From Desulfurococcus sp. (GTDB lineage: Archaea; Thermoproteota; Thermoprotei_A; Sulfolobales; Desulfurococcaceae), in assembly GCF_038881575.1 (NCBI RefSeq), contig NZ_JAVZPN010000001.1, positions 55,138 through 79,137 of the forward strand: a stretch of 24,000 bases of DNA. The letters are read 5' to 3'. Of the stretch, positions 23,992-24,000 are shown one piece after another. The notes below the pieces were generated by a model. That model saw only the letters and a list, made by a program, of their open reading frames with translations. It was not told the DNA's origin and searched no databases. Position 1 is the first letter of the stretch. Each line of letters opens with the position of its first letter. Position numbers and translations under genes: made by a program.

Positions 23992-24000
23992 TAAATCAAG

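Noticed and set aside
23967-24000. New ORF starting at ATG 23967 (MENQGYRIINQ...), overlapping the end of the 530-aa gene
   Set aside because: Only 11 codons are visible before the window ends, which is too little to call. It is noted as a hint that the operon continues.
1-24000. CRISPR arrays, tRNA or rRNA genes
   Set aside because: No regularly spaced direct repeats, no tRNA T-arm/acceptor patterns and no rRNA-like stretches were seen on either strand.

Overview
Archaeal chromosomal window, judged from Hel308, ThiDN, Thi4, a TtuA/NcsA-like thiolase and TATA-type promoter boxes. I found no rRNA, tRNA or CRISPR array. Bases 1-13,191 are a compact housekeeping block: the tail of an ADP-forming acyl-CoA synthetase, a GNAT acetyltransferase, a PP-loop tRNA thiolase, a C-N hydrolase, a class II-type HMG-CoA reductase, HypA plus an Mrp/MinD-type ATPase, UPRTase, Hel308, a MoeA-PBP fusion, ThiDN and Thi4. 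Bases 13,192-15,708 are a nest of IS200/IS605-family (TnpB-only, IS1341-like) debris. It holds a 5'-truncated tnpB on the minus strand that abuts the thi4 stop codon, a tiny RHH-like ORF, and a plus-strand tnpB split by a ~250 bp nested relic of another tnpB 3' end. Bases ~15.8-24 kb are an accessory island. Its core is a type IV secretion / conjugation-like module, which is the main candidate system: a VirB4/TrbE/CedB-like ATPase with an overlapping PrgI/VirB3-like membrane protein, transcribed divergently from a 91-aa VirB2-like pilin candidate and a second FtsK/HerA-superfamily (VirD4/TraG-like) ATPase, followed by a DUF996-like membrane protein and a 530-aa polytopic membrane protein carrying a PKD-like ectodomain (VirB6/CedA-like candidate). 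No relaxase or integrase is visible in the window. A recurring IS right-end-like sequence (16-nt core CCYTTAGGGCGRGGAG, at most 2 mismatches) occurs at the tnpB stop and at three orphan sites. Two of these orphan copies form an inverted pair bracketing the two-ATPase core. All functional calls rest on motif recognition by eye; no database search was run.
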